A DNA stretch of 64,000 bases. Origin: Chrysomallon squamiferum. Lineage: Eukaryota > Animalia > Mollusca. Within the stretch, counting starts at the first letter, position 1. Every line of letters begins with the position of its first letter. The stretch spans positions 1,860,001-1,924,000 of the forward strand of contig CM022678.1 of assembly GCA_012295275.1 (NCBI GenBank), read 5' to 3'. The notes under the pieces were generated by a model, which worked only from the letters and a program-made list of their open reading frames with translations, was not told the DNA's origin and searched no databases. Below, piece after piece: positions 1 to 14,239 of this stretch. The position numbers and the translations under genes were made by a program.

Positions 1-281
1 TTTTATTAGCATTATTTTATTTAATATGAATGTATAATTGTATTTGTAATGTGTGCGTGCTTCATTTTATTATGTGTATATTTCATTTATAGTAAATGGT
101 GATTATGTTAATATGTACAAACTGTTGTTCTGTTCTCCTCTCTCACACGCACAGACACACACACACACACACACACATATATTTACAAATGTATAATATA
201 TATGTTTATCCATACTAACACACAGGTAATGTATAATATAAATATATGCACCTATAAACAGCATATTTCAAAATATAACTC

Positions 282-353
<72 letters not shown>

Positions 354-1039
354 TCCATGTTACTCTAAGAAAAAATAGAAAAACAAATTTAAATAAATAA
401 ATAAATAACCAACAAATAAAAGAAAATAAAAGAAAAAAAAAAAGAAAAAGAAAACAGAAGAATCAATCCAGAACGTTCTAGTGTTACTGAAAATTTTTAT
501 TTATTTATTTATTATAATGTGTAACATTACAACTGCTCATTTCAATAAAAAGCTACATAATTTTTTTTTTTTTTTTTTTTTTTTATTATTATTTTATTTT
601 ATTTTTTTTTTTATTTTTTTTTTTTTTTTATTTTATTTTTTTTTTTTTTTTTTTTTGAGAGATGAAAGGAACATCGAGAAAGCTGTGTTTATATAAACAG
701 TCATTGTCATAATGCGTGGCTGACAGCAGACTGTTGGTGACGTCATTGACAACGAGGTTTCTTCTTCGGGTTGACAGGCTGCACAAATAGAAATGAGACG
801 TCGTGGTTGCTGCAGTTGTCGCAGATGAGACTGATCTTAAAGTTTTGTCCATTCATTCATTCATTCATTCATTCATTCATTCATTTATTCATGCATTCTT
901 TCGTTTATTCATTTATTCATCCATTAAGGTATTAATCTATGACAGACAAATTCTTACTAAAGAGAAACAGTCGCTGAGAATCATGCAGTGCAGTTTATAT
1001 CCACAGTTTTTAACTGTATCCAAAATACACAGAGTACCA

Positions 1040-1190
1040 GCAGTTCAAAATCAAAATAACTACAGTTCATAATTCAAATAACTATAGTTCATAATTCAAA
1101 TACCTACAGTTCATAATTCAAATATCTACAGTTCATAATTCAAATATCTACAGTTCATAATTCAAATATCAACAGTTCATAATTCAAATG
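1040..1190. repeat. 22-bp minisatellite (ACAGTTCATAATTCAAATATCT), ~6 copies
   Basis: Direct tandem repeats visible in the sequence. Confidence 0.85.
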
Positions 1191-1196
1191 ACTGAT

Positions 1197-1233
<37 letters not shown>

Positions 1234-1812
1234 CTATCATCATTGTTATTGTTGTTACTGATATTATTATTATATTGTTATAATAATAATAATAATAATA
1301 ATAATAATTTGTTATTATTGTTGTTGTTGTATAATGTAAACAAACATTCTGCGTATTTCAAAATTATTTATCTCTGCCAATCAAGTTCGGTTAATTAGAA
1401 ACACTTTTGGATTCAGAGAAATTGAGGTTTTGTTCATTTTTATTTTTGTCTGATAAAAAAAATTACAAACATTCGTACGACTGCATCAATGAAGTATCGT
1501 AAAGAGATGATGATGAACAAGAAAAATGTGTTGATGATGATGATGCTGATGATGATGATAATAATAAAAATAAAAGATTCTTCATCTGCAGTCTTTCAGG
1601 ATGTTTTGGACAATTCGCTATATAACATGACGTCACAAAAAATAAATAAAAAATAAAATAAAAAAGAATCCTAACATTTTCTGTTTACTTTATAGCTGTA
1701 CTTTATTATCATTAAACACTGAACGCCAGAAACAACTCGCTGGATGTAAGCAGAATGTGTTTATGGATAACAAAATCGTAAGAAATGATGCAGTTCAATT
1801 AGTAAAACCTAC

Positions 1813-2057
1813 CTTCAAGCTGTCCGGTAAGATCTTTCTCCGTCCGGATGTGGTGGTCGAAGCTGCTGCTGCTGCTGTTGCTGTTGTCGCGGTCACTGCA
1901 TGGAGTGGCGGTGCCGATGGCGTTATGGAGACCGACGTTACTGCTGATGTTGACGCTGGCCTGGGTAGAAGCTTTGGTAATGAGGTCACTCCTGATGCTG
2001 CAGTAGTTGCCGATACTGGCCTCATTGCTGTTGTCATCGTCGTCGTCGTTGTTGTTG

Positions 2058-2089
<32 letters not shown>

Positions 2090-3614
2090 GGTAAACGGCC
2101 TGCTGATATTGCTAAATCACCTGCTGACGTTGAAGTTGCTGCAGCTAGTGCAGTCGCTGTCGTGGCTGGTGGTGATGTTGTCGCTGCAGAAAACGGAGCC
2201 GGAAGGCCGGCTAAGGGCAACGCCGACGGCTGCTGCTGCTGGTCACGTGGTTCACAGGGCGGTTCTATCTTCACTAGGGTGTGGTCTGGCGTGGACTCCT
2301 CGGTCGGGTGGAACGCCCTCAGACAGCGCGCGCAGAACTTCATTCCACACTGGAGGCAGCGAGTTGTCGCCCTTGACACGTTGTTCGGCTCGCAGAGAGG
2401 ACAGTCTGCAGACTCCGCGTCTCGCTGTCAACAACAACAAACACAACGTCACGCCTCTCGCTGGCTGTGAGTTCAACTCCTCCCACCCGAAACTAATACA
2501 CTACACAGTCACTATAATCACCTTTCTCTTTTCATTCCTCTCCTTCGTTTCCAAATGTTTCCTTTCGCAGCATTAGTTCATTCATCCCGCTGATTCATTC
2601 ATTCGTGTGCTCATTAATTCATCTTTAAGTCCATCTACTTTCATTCGTTCATCCATTCATTCATCCATTCATCCATCACGTCATTCATCCACTCGTTCAT
2701 TCATTCATTGTTTCGTTCAAAAAATAAATTCATTTACTCGTTCGTTCACCTATCCTTCCACAATTCACTCATCTAACCCATTCAGTCATTCAGTCCTGTA
2801 CGAGCAAACATGGGAGGAACTTACAGAGTTCAGCTGGTAAACGTAGTGAGTGGCCGTCGCTCCTGCAGGCGGGTGGAACAACGAGCGACATCTGTCGCAG
2901 AACGACATGAAACACTCGCTGCAGTGAACGGTCGCGGCGCTCGGAGGTTTTCCGTCGCACGTCGAACATTCCGTAGGGACTTCCGGTTGGCATATCCGCT
3001 CAAAGTCTAGCGCAGGCGCAGGCGCAGGCGCAGACGCCGCTGATTGGACAGATTCTTCCCGCGCCGTCGTCTGGTCTGGTGCTGCTGGAGACATCGAGGG
3101 CGGGTCGAGAATTATGACGTCATCACTGGGCTCGTTTTCGCGGGTGAAGGGCGGCGACGGTTTGCGAGGAAGTTTCGGGGGAACGTTCTCGTACACGGGT
3201 TCCCACGGGTCGAGTAAAGGTTGTAACAGGCCTCTGGGGATCTCCTCTGTTTCCTCCCCCGGCTTCTCCCGTGCAGCGTCGCTCCGCCTCCTCTGACGGA
3301 GGCGCGCACGGAGAACTCGAGTGTGACGTCACCGGGCCTCTTTTTAACGTCTGCCTGTAAACAGAGACCAAGTTGCTCATTGGAAAGTTCCTTTTCAAAG
3401 TGGAGATTCCTTCGTTGCCCAGCGACACAGTCTGCTGACATTCCGGGCACCTGAACTCGCTCACTGCTCCCCCCTGTGATTGCGTCATCGCAGTGACGCA
3501 CTTCCGGCACAGAGAGTGGAGGCAGGGCAGGAGAAGGGGGTCCTCGTAGAGGTCGAGACACAGCGCGCACGACAGCTCACGTCCCATATCCGTGTCACAG
3601 TCGTCACCCGACAT
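1813..3614 (-). CDS. TRIM-like RING finger / B-box protein (RING + two B-box type 1-like domains, Thr/Ala-rich tail); frame break after RING; 3' end unresolved
   Basis: ATG at 3614, shortly after an acceptor at ~3645 (ttatgtatttaag). RING: ELSCALCLDLYEDPLLLPCLHSLCRKC...FRCPEC...LKRNFPMSNLV, the typical TRIM N-terminus. B-box CSTC...CSECFMSFCDRCRSLFH...H lies in a different frame (exon ends 2825, donor GTAAGT). The next exon, 2424-1813 (acceptor ttgttgacag, donor GTAGGT, phase 0), encodes CPLC...CLQCGMKFCARCLRAFH...H. No coiled coil or C-terminal domain is recognisable. Confidence 0.75.
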
Positions 3615-3654
3615 CGTCAACTGCGTCACCAACTGTCCCAGAGGTCTTAAATAC

Positions 3655-3655
3655 A

Positions 3656-3686
<31 letters not shown>

Positions 3687-3890
3687 ATACATAAATACAC
3701 AATCAAGTAAGCAAACAAACAAACAAACATAAACAATCAAATAACAAACAGACAGATAAATAAATAAATAAATAAATAAATAAAAAATATAAATAAATAA
3801 ATAAATAACTAAATAAATAAACAATCAAATAAGAAAAGATAAATAAATAAATAAACAATTATAAAAACCATAAATAAACAAACTGAAAAA

Positions 3891-3926
<36 letters not shown>

Positions 3927-4044
3927 CAAGAAAGCAAACAAACAAACAAACAAAACAATCAAATATAAACAATCAATAAATAAATAAATAAAAATCAAAC
4001 AAACAAACAAACAAACAAATATAAACAATCCAATAAGAAACAGA

Positions 4045-4076
<32 letters not shown>

Positions 4077-4530
4077 CAATCAAACAAACAAACAAACAAA
4101 CAAAATAAACAATCCAAACAAAACAAAAATAAACATATAAATAAATAAATAAATAATCAAGAAAGCAAATAAACAAACAAACATAAACAATCAAATAACA
4201 AACAGATAAATAAATAAATAAATAAATAAAATAAATAAATCAAGTAAACAAACAAACAAACAAACAAACAAACAAAACAAACAAACAAACAAATAAACAA
4301 ATAAATAATTAAATAAATAATCAAACAAACAAACAAACAAACATAAATAAATAAATAATCAAATAACAAACAAACAAACATAAATAAATAAATAAAAAAA
4401 TAAATAAATAAACAATCAATAATCAAGCAAACAAACAAACAAAAAATAAATAAATAAATAATCAAGAAGTAAACAAACAAACAAACAATTAAACAATCAA
4501 ATAACAAACAGATAAATAAATAAATAAATA
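3655..4530. repeat. Compound (AAAT)n/(AAAC)n simple-repeat tract, probably in the 5' intron of the TRIM-like gene
   Basis: Continuous AAAT/AAAC/AATC units; source of the spurious F/I/Y/L ORFs in the track. Confidence 0.9.
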
Positions 4531-5339
4531 AATCTCGAACAAAAAATTAATTATTAGAGATGAGTAATATTTAAATATCAAAACAAAACCATTATTACTA
4601 TACAACAACAGCAACAACTACTATTACTACCACTACTATTACCCACCATTTCTATTACATCAACCAATACTACTACTACTCTTACTATTTATTACCACAA
4701 CTACTACTACTACTATACAACTACATCTGAAACTACTGTAACTACTATTACTATTACCACTGCTACTGCTACTAATGCTACTACATCCAAACTACTGTAA
4801 CTACTATTACCACTGCTATCTGCTACTAATACAACTTTTACTACTACTACTACTACTACTACTAATATTATTACTACCACTATCACTAATTAAACAAACA
4901 AACAAACTACTAAATAAATAAATAATGTGAAAATAAAATAAAAAAACAAACAAATAAATAAAATAAAATAAAAAAATAAAAAATAAAATAAAATAAAAAA
5001 AAAACTAAAAAAAAAAAAAATAAAATAAAATAAAAAATAAAAATAAAATAAAAATACTTTAAAAAATAAAATAAAATAAAATAAAATAAAATAAAATAAA
5101 ATAAAATAAAACAAAAATTGACTCCATTTTATATAAGATAACTTTATTCATTTATTTATTTTTAATTTTTATGCTTCTTTACTGTCAGACTCAAACACCA
5201 AGGATGTTAATCATGATTGTTTGTATAGAAACTACAACATATTTTTATCCATACCCCCCACCACGCCGATCACGTACGTTATTTGATCCCCCTATCTCAG
5301 CTGCGCAGATTACATTCAATTGCGCTTCATTCTAAAAAT

Positions 5340-5488
5340 AGACTCAACACGAAAGATAAAAAAATAAAATAAAAATAAAAAATAAAAAATAAAATAAAAA
5401 TAAATAAAAATAAAAAATAAAAAAATAAAAAAAAATTATTTTTATTTTTGTTTTTTTTTTTTTTTTTTTTATCTTTCGTGTTGAGTCT
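5340..5488. repeat. Inverted repeat / AT-rich hairpin
   Basis: AGACTCAACACGAAAGATAAAA at ~5340 and its reverse complement TTTTATCTTTCGTGTTGAGTCT ending ~5488 flank an A-rich then T-rich core. Confidence 0.75.
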
Positions 5489-5764
5489 TATATATATATA
5501 TATAAGGCAGGATTAAAAATAAAAAAGAAGAAAAAAGAAAAACATGATATACATGCAAAAAGATATTTACAAATGGTGAACAGCTATATAGTTTTATCAT
5601 TGTTATTTTGTACTAAACAAACGTGCTATATAGTGAATTAAAGAAAAGTGTCTGTTAGGGTATAAATTAAAAATATAAAAATCTCGAACAAAAATTAATC
5701 ATTAGATATCTAAATCTCACAAGCAAACACATTATTCTATCCAATAATTACTAATTTACATTTT

Positions 5765-5811
<47 letters not shown>

Positions 5812-6972
5812 TTACTACAACTAGTACTACTACTGTTAATGCTAATACCACTAATTGTACCACAAGTACTACTACCACTACTACTAATTTACTACTACAA
5901 CAACTACTACTACTAATAGTATTCATACCACTAATACTACTTGTACTACTACTGCTGCTACTACTACTGGTACTACTACAACCACTGTCACTACTGTTGC
6001 TAGTAATACTGGTACTATTACAGTTTTATGCTACTGATAATATTACTAACACTACTAGTTCAACTTCACTTTTACTACTACTATTACTATTATCATTACT
6101 ACTGCTCCTATTATTACTAGTAGCACTATTACTACAACAAGTACTAGACTTAGTATTATTAGTACTACTAGTACTGCTGTCCCTTTTGTTACTAACCATT
6201 ACTAACTTCAACTCTTACTAGTGCTATACTAACAGTAATTAGTAGTAATATAATTGTAGAACTAGCAGTAGTGGTAGTGTTATTAATATAAATAGTTGTA
6301 GTAGAAGTAGTAGTATAAGTACTAGTAATTGGTTTAGTAGTAGTAGTAGTAATAGTAATTATGAAGACTAGTTCTAGAGACTGTAATAGTAAAAATAACA
6401 ACATTATTATTAGTAGTGGTAGCAGCAACAGCAGCAACAGCAGTAGTAGTGGTTTTAGGTATTAGCTGCAGCAGAAGTAGTTGTGGTAGTAGTTGTAGTA
6501 AGATGAATACATTTCAGCGACATGTTCGTTGTTACTGTTTGTCTACATCCTGGTTGAAGAAAAATATTCTGTGTGGATTAAACTCTAAAAAAACTGTCCA
6601 GTTTTCTTTTAACAAAACGTAAAAAATCAGTAAAATAAACTTCGAAGCGAGTAGATTAAACTTTATGACAACAACTACCTGTAAGATGAGAATAATAACA
6701 CATTCAGAAATGTACTGAACCACTTGCTGTCACGTCACTCCAACACGACGCCATTATGACCTACATTTCATCCCTTCGTGACACGAAAGATATTAACTAC
6801 GACCTGTTGATCAGCTCTTCGTGACTAATAACTAGACATAAATATCTGTCCCAGATAAACAGAGAATTTAAACTAAAGAAAGTTAAAAAGAAATGAAGAA
6901 GAAAAGAAAAACAAAAAACCCTAAATATTGCTTCGTCGGTGCGATTTACTTCTTTAAAATCATTCGCCAATG

Positions 6973-6982
6973 TCTCGCGAGA
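6973..6982. promoter_or_regulatory. TCTCGCGAGA palindrome (BANP/M8-type promoter motif), candidate promoter of the TRIM-like gene
   Basis: Exact TCTCGCGAGA in a locally CpG-containing unique island (~6720-7250) upstream of the minus-strand gene; function is inferred. Confidence 0.35.
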
Positions 6983-7309
6983 ATATTTCTGATGAAATTA
7001 ATACAATAATACAATTCTGCTTTAGCAAAAACCGGTTTAAAAATGTGGATTATTAATACTTACACTCGTTAAGCTTTGGATTAAGTAGAAGATGTCTTCC
7101 TTAGAAGTTTCATCGAAGAATTAAGCTGAATTTCGTGGATTAATGGGATAAAAAAAAGGGGAGAAATGTCTGGGGTTTTCCGAATCACGTGAATGTGCTA
7201 AAAATAAACCAGTCAGTCAAGGAACTGGTTGCCTTCTAGCTAATCAGTTTTCAGTGGTGACAATGATATATTTTACTTTTCAATCCTCAGTAAGGGATTT
7301 TGTATACGT

Positions 7310-7700
7310 TTATTTGTTGTATTTGTTTATTTGTTGTATTTGTTTATTTGTTGTATTTGTTTATTTGTTGTATTTGTTTATTTGTTGTATTTGTTTATTT
7401 GCTGTATTTGTTTATTTGCTGTATTTGTTTATTTGTTGTATTTGTTTATTTGTTGTATTTGTTTATTTGTTGTATTTGTTTATTTGTTGTATTTATTTGT
7501 TGTTGTATTTGCTTTTTGTTGTATTTGTTTATTTGTTGTATTTGTTTATTTATTTGCTGTATTTGTTTATTTGTTGTTTTGTTTATTTGTTGTTTTGTTG
7601 TATTTGTTTTTTTTGTATTTGTTTATTTGCTGTATTTGTTTATTTGCTGTATTTATTTGTTGTTGTATTTGCTTTTTGTTGTATATGTTTATTTGTTGTA
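7310..7700. repeat. 17-bp minisatellite (ATTTGTTTATTTGTTGT)n
   Basis: Tandem units that degenerate towards the 3' end. Confidence 0.85.
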
Positions 7701-8490
7701 TTTTTTTATTATGATTATTTTTTTAATCTTTGTCGGTCTCCAATTAAAAGTTTCTGTATGTACTTACATTATATCTGAAGTTATAAGAATACAAACGTAC
7801 AGACATACATACATACATACATACATACATACATACACACATACATACGAATTTACATATTCACACATATAATTATATATATATACAGACACACACACAC
7901 ATATACAACACATACAAACATGCACACATACTGTGGCGATTATCTATAAAACTGTGTTTCATAAGATATACTTCTTTACATATACAAACTAAAAATATTT
8001 TATTTGAGGCTAGATTATATATAATCTAGTCTCTGTATAGGAGATACAGAAAAGACAAAATAACGACAAATATTAAACAAAAATTTATTAATAATTATAA
8101 TCAGTAAATAAACTGTATTCAACTGCCGATGTATGTAGATAATTAAATTTCTGTTTGACCATCTGTAACACCCTTTCACAGGAAAATACGTGATGACCAA
8201 CTTTTCAAAGTCAGCTTTTTAAATTTTAAACTTACATTAATTATTATGGGCCAAGATATGACGAGTTTGGTGTCACAAACTAACACAGCTTTCAAAATTC
8301 ATCCAGCAGCGTGGATTCACTTTGATAAAACACGCAAAATTAAAACTCATATTAACGTAATGACTTCATTCTCCCGTGACCGATAACCCACTTTAATTAT
8401 TTTCATCCAGCATTAAAACTGTGTTCTAAACCTTTAGACAAAGTAAATTCAGATCCTAAACTACATGCTTGTCAGTGCAAGGTTTCCCAC

Positions 8491-8521
<31 letters not shown>

Positions 8522-8669
8522 TGCACGCAAGAATGACGACAGACACAAAGAAAGGCGTGTTTCGTGGGAAGCTATGATTACCCTCGGTTATTGTTCAACT
8601 GTTTTTAAGGTTGTCTTGATAACCGGACGGTTAACATCATCCGCCTTCGAAGTGTGGGCGATTCAATCT

Positions 8670-8770
8670 CGTCAGCTCTATGTGGCGAGGTTTGTGAGGT
8701 CCTGATTGGACTTCGTCCTCCTGTGTCACTGCGTTCCCAAATATTGTCTACGTGCAGAGTCTAATCAGAC
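8670..8770 (+). repeat. ~100-bp dispersed repeat (SINE/MITE-like), copy 1
   Basis: GTCAGC..GGTTTGTGAGGTC.TGATTGGACTT.GTCCTCCTG...GCGTTCC..AATATTGTCT...CAGAGTCTAATCAGAC. Homologues at 13057-13155, 29318-29418 and 37737-37838, and reversed at 43253-43300, ~49225-49300 and ~56775-56845. Confidence 0.6.
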
Positions 8771-9229
8771 GTACATACATACATACATACGTACGTTTTA
8801 GATTCAGATAAATGTTGGTGATTTTCAGTACACTATTACTATCTGATTTTTTTAACCTTTATTTATTTATTTATTTATTTTATTTTTATTACACAACAAT
8901 ACTGTTCGTTGTCAGTCACAGAAATAGATTTATAAAGCGGGTGACCCGGGGTCAGGTGAAACTGACACAAAGGGGAGTGAATCGCGGATGTAGCTTGTCA
9001 GACGAAACTGTAACAAATGACACAGTTATTGTCAGACTGTTTAACACAGGTAAGAGTTACTGACATCTGTCTGACGTTTAGTACGTTAACACCTCAGTGT
9101 AGCGTGTTTACAAGTAAAGAGTCGAAAGCATTAGTACTTTATGTTCAGTCTGTTGAGTGTTTTTGCTCTTCTTTGCTAAAGCAGGCGATTTTAAACAGCC
9201 CGTTTATTCAGATATTTACACAGATTAAA

Positions 9230-9459
<230 letters not shown>

Positions 9460-9914
9460 AAATTTAATTTTTTTCAACATAGCTGAACAAAAAACAATAA
9501 TAATAATTTGCATTAAATAAGATACACACAAACAAATAAGCTAACTCAGAGGCACACACCCAAATTCAAAAAAAAAAAAAAAAAAAGTAAAACAAAATGT
9601 TCAGCAGCTGGAAAACAGGTATGTGATTCCACGGTTGAAGGGGAGACAACAAAGCTTAGAGTTAAAACTGAAATCATACTCATCTTGTCATGACGACCTT
9701 GCAACAAAAGATCACCTGCAGTTTCTAATTTTCTTTGTCAAACTTTCACCCTCATTGGAAAAACAGATTATTCTTTTTTCTTTTTTTTTTTTTTTTTTCT
9801 GTTTCGGCTGAATTAGATGAAAATAAAAAATAATTTTATCTTTTACCTTCGTGATTCACAGGTTCAGTGTTTTTTTTTTTTTTTTTATCAATGTGTAAAA
9901 AAAAGACGAGAAAA

Positions 9915-10243
9915 GTGTGTGTGTGTATGTATGTGTGTATGTGTGTGTATGTGTGTGTATGTGTGTGTATGTGTGTGTGTGTGTGTGTATGTGTGTGTGT
10001 GTGTGTATGTGTGTATGTGTGTGTATGTGTGTGTGTGTGTGTGTGTATGTGTGTGTATGTGTGTGTGTGTATGTGTGTATATGTGTGTGTGTGTGTATAT
10101 GTGTGTGTATGTGTATGTGTATGTGTATATGTGTGTGTATGTGTGTGTATGTGGATGTGTATGTGTATATGTATATGTGTATATGTGTGTGTGTATGTGT
10201 GTGTATGTGTATGTGTGTGTGTGTATGTGTGTGTATGTGTGTG
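9915..10243. repeat. (TG)n/(TGTA)n microsatellite
   Basis: Direct observation. Confidence 0.95.
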
Positions 10244-10624
10244 TTTCTGTAAAATGTATATCTATAGGCTATATGTATCTATTTATCTGTGTCTCTGTTT
10301 ATTATCTTTCTTTCTTTAAATATATTTTGATTTCTTTGTTTATATTTATTTATTTATTTGCTTTTTCGTTCTTTAAATATATTTTGATTTATTTGTTTAT
10401 ATTTATTTATTTATTTCCTTTTTTTTTCTTGCTTTTTAAAAATATATTTGGATTTATTTGTTTATATTTATTTATTTATTTATTTATTTATTTATTTCCT
10501 TTTTGTTTGTTTATTTGTTTGTTTGTTTCTTTATTTGTATTTATTTATTTATTAAAACCATTTATTTCGAATAACGTAATTATTCTCACTAAAATATAGT
10601 CACAGAATAACGAAAATAATAAAT

Positions 10625-10673
<49 letters not shown>

Positions 10674-10703
10674 GATTATTATTATTATTATTATTATTAT
10701 TAT

Positions 10704-10790
<87 letters not shown>

Positions 10791-10899
10791 CTGCTAAGAA
10801 GGCGTGTCTGGTGTAAAAGTAGAATGATATTTTACTGTTACTCTTCTCTCAAACGTTCTGAATATAAAGTGTCAGTGTGGTGAGCGACTCGCAGTCTTC

Positions 10900-11367
10900 G
10901 CTTTCTTCAACAGAAAACACACAGGAGCACCTCGTACAGCTTTCCCCAGTTCATTCACTCCGCGCGAATAGAGCAGCGCCACTCTCAGAGCACGTCACGT
11001 GACCGCTGTAATCGCTGACACCTCGTTCACATGACCTGCACGGAATAGCGGGGTCATGTGGAACAAAACCTCTTTTCCGACGATTTCCCAGCTCGGTTTA
11101 CTTTCTCGACAGATAGAGAGAGAGAGTAGAGAGAGAAAGAGAGAGAGAGGGTGTTGTCGATGAGTTGAAGTGGTCGAGTTTTGAAAAGAGCAGCGTTCTG
11201 TGAGAGCTGTATAAACAACCGAGACTTCGTTTTTCTTCTTCGTCTTCTTCTTCGTGTTCTGTTTGGCTCGGCGAAAATTTCTCTGGCGAGCATCTCTCTG
11301 CGAGTATTACTGCGAAAGAATGCTGCTGTTCAGTTTCAGGAATCTAACATCTAGCGGAAGTAACAGG
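10900..11367 (+). promoter_or_regulatory. Candidate promoter and non-coding first exon, possibly of the sulfotransferase gene
   Basis: CpG-enriched island with CACGTCACGTGACC (E-box/CRE-like, ~10992) and TATAAA (~11209), ending at a strong donor CAG|GTATGT at 11367. The sulfotransferase first coding exon begins with an acceptor (22555), so an upstream exon is expected. The linkage is inferred. Confidence 0.3.
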
Positions 11368-12245
11368 TATGTGACGGCAGAAGTCACCGTTATAAAGTAA
11401 CAGGTGGATGCAACGCTTCAGCTTAGTGCTACAAAGACACACGTTTATTAACGGCAGAACGGTTTTACCGTTATAAAATAAATAATAATACGTGCTAGGG
11501 TGGAAGAATACATGGATGTACACAAACGTGTAAGTGATGGAGTGGCTGCTGTAGAGGATGTAGAGGATATCTGACTACGACGTTTGCGATGACAAGAAGT
11601 GAGAAGAACGCAACAGCTGTAGGTGTACATCGTTATTAGAGAAATGATGGACAGCTAACAGTTCCTCAGTTTGTGTTAACGAGCTAAACAAAGTGAAACA
11701 TTCAGGAACAAATCTTTAATAATTAGTGCTACGTCACTGGTTCAGTATACTGGGTACAATCATTTTCACGTTATTATCATAATCCGGATTCAGTGACGTC
11801 ATTAATTATTTTACATTTTAAACATAATTTATGACATCATCCGAACAGCTGCGGATAATTGATGTTTTCTTAGTGATTATGACGTCAGAAAAAGAAGAAA
11901 ACACGTAATTAGTGTTTTAAAACACGTCATCATCATAGGATGTTATGAAGCTTATATAAAGGTAACTATAAAGTAGTAATATTACTTATTTAATGTATAT
12001 ATCTTTTTATTTTCGCTATTTTTTTTTTTTTTTTGTTTTATTTATTGTAATTGAAAATGATCATAGGCAGGAACACAGAATGAATATATATATGCGCAAG
12101 CTTAACCGCTCAAATTTACATGCATATATATTAACGTGTTTACCTTCATAGGCACAAACATACATACATATATATCTACATACTTTACTACTACATTCAC
12201 ATAAACACACACACACATACACATACGTACGTACATACAACCCCC

Positions 12246-12276
<31 letters not shown>

Positions 12277-12317
12277 AATCTCTCTCTCTCGATAAATTTC
12301 TGTTTCTCTCTTTATGT

Positions 12318-12353
<36 letters not shown>

Positions 12354-13056
12354 TATTCATTGTCAAGCACAGAGATGTACATGAAATTCCATCACATGTA
12401 GATCGACGTAAACAGATACACAGTCAGACGATACTGAATGCAGCTAACCAGAAAGTCACACACACACAACTACGCACATCTGTATAGTTATATATTTGTA
12501 GCGTGATATATATATATATACATACATACACACACACACTTAACGAAAGGTCAGACGCTTTCTCTAGACACGTGACCATCATAAGCTGAGCTCTGGAAAT
12601 GTCAACATCTCCTATTCCTTGACCCCGCCTCTCCCCACTCATGTAGTCATTGTTCTCAGTGACACGACAGTATTCTTGTCACCAGAGGTCGCTGCTGCTC
12701 GTGTAATGTTTACTCTTGCCTACTGTTCGCTGGTGTTCTGTAAACATTTGTTATGTAGGCCGTGGCAGACATAGTAAGCAAAGTCGATTTTTTTATATCT
12801 TTTCATTCGTGCATACAAAAATAACTACACTGTAGATACACGCATACTTACATACGTAGATACACGCATACTTACATACGTAGATACACGCATACTTACA
12901 TACATAAATACAAACCTGCATATGTGCATGCTAACATGCACAGATACGTACAACTGTAACTACCTTACGTTCAGACATAAACACATACTTATGTAAATAC
13001 GCACATACATATCTATACACTAGTGCGGGAGAATGGGTGCCATACGTTCGAGTCTT

Positions 13057-13155
13057 GTCAGCGGCATCTGACAGGTTTGTGAGGTCGTGATTGGACTTTG
13101 TCCTCCTGCGCCAGTGCGTTCCAGAATATTGTCTGTGTGCAGTCTAGTCAGACAT
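13057..13155 (+). repeat. ~100-bp dispersed repeat (SINE/MITE-like), copy 2
   Basis: Closely matches 37737-37838 and 8670-8770. Confidence 0.6.
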
Positions 13156-14197
13156 AAATGCCTACATATATACATTCATGCATGCATATATACAAAGACG
13201 TACATACATACAAACACATGAATATACACACACACATACATATTAAAAAAACCCACATATATGCACACACATACGTACATACAAACACCTACTTACATTC
13301 ATACACATGTATTCTTTTCCTCTTTCTCTCCTGCTTCCTTCCATCTGTCACTCTTCTTAATTTGTCCTTCTCTGTATCGTGAATTCATTTTCTCTGATGA
13401 ATCTGACAGTGTGTGTGGTTCCTGTGGATATGTTAGAAAATCTTTTATTTATTTCTGTGTCAGCTGATCAGGGGAGATAACATCTTTCAATTTTTTTTTT
13501 TTTTTTTTTTTTTATGTGTTTGGGTCGTTGTCTGTTAACGTGCATACCAAGTGAAGCGTAAATCCGCCATCTTGTTTCACATGATTTGAGTTTAATTTTT
13601 TGCAAAGAAAACAAGAAAACGACCTATTATTTGTTCATCAGCATTTATTTTTATTTTTGTTTAGATGTAATAGATGACTTTCGATTATGTCAATGATGTT
13701 AACGTTTGAGATTAAAGTATATCAGATTCGTGCAAATAATAATAAATAAATAAATAAATAAATAAATAAAATTTAGTTAAATTAAATTAAATATAACATA
13801 ATATAATATAATTAATTATAACATAATATAATAAAAATAAATATCTCTAACATAAATAAATAAATACATTGTTCCACTCTGTATTCAGAGAAAAACTAAA
13901 ACGAGGTTGTAATAAAAAGAAAGAAAAAAATCATTTGCCAACTGAGTTGTTTTTCTGAAACTCAAAGAAATGACCTTAAGACTGAAAACAGCCGTGCAGA
14001 ATTCACTCAGATAACTTTCTAGTTTCTCTGTGTGTGGTTAGTGGGCGTGGTTACACCAAAACACAGTATATTTATATTTATATTTATATGTTAGACGTAA
14101 ACACATTTTTTATCTGCTGAAACAGAGGTAAGACATTTTTTTTTTTTTTTTTTTTTTTTTTGACATCACGAGCAAAGATGAATAATTCTTAATTAAT

Positions 14198-14238
<41 letters not shown>

Positions 14239-14239
14239 T

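Noticed and set aside
628-852. Minus-strand 74-aa ORF as a terminal TRIM exon
   Set aside because: No recognisable domain and no convincing in-phase acceptor; more likely UTR or intergenic sequence.
1757-2576. Plus-strand 237-aa and 189-aa ORFs
   Set aside because: Antisense shadows of the low-complexity TRIM-like exon; the Cys/His B-box pattern is on the minus strand.
3825-5114. Long hydrophobic ORFs (FIYL/FVCL repeats) and similar poly-SL, RE, CV, I and N ORFs across the window
   Set aside because: They are translations of microsatellites with no domain content or splice support.
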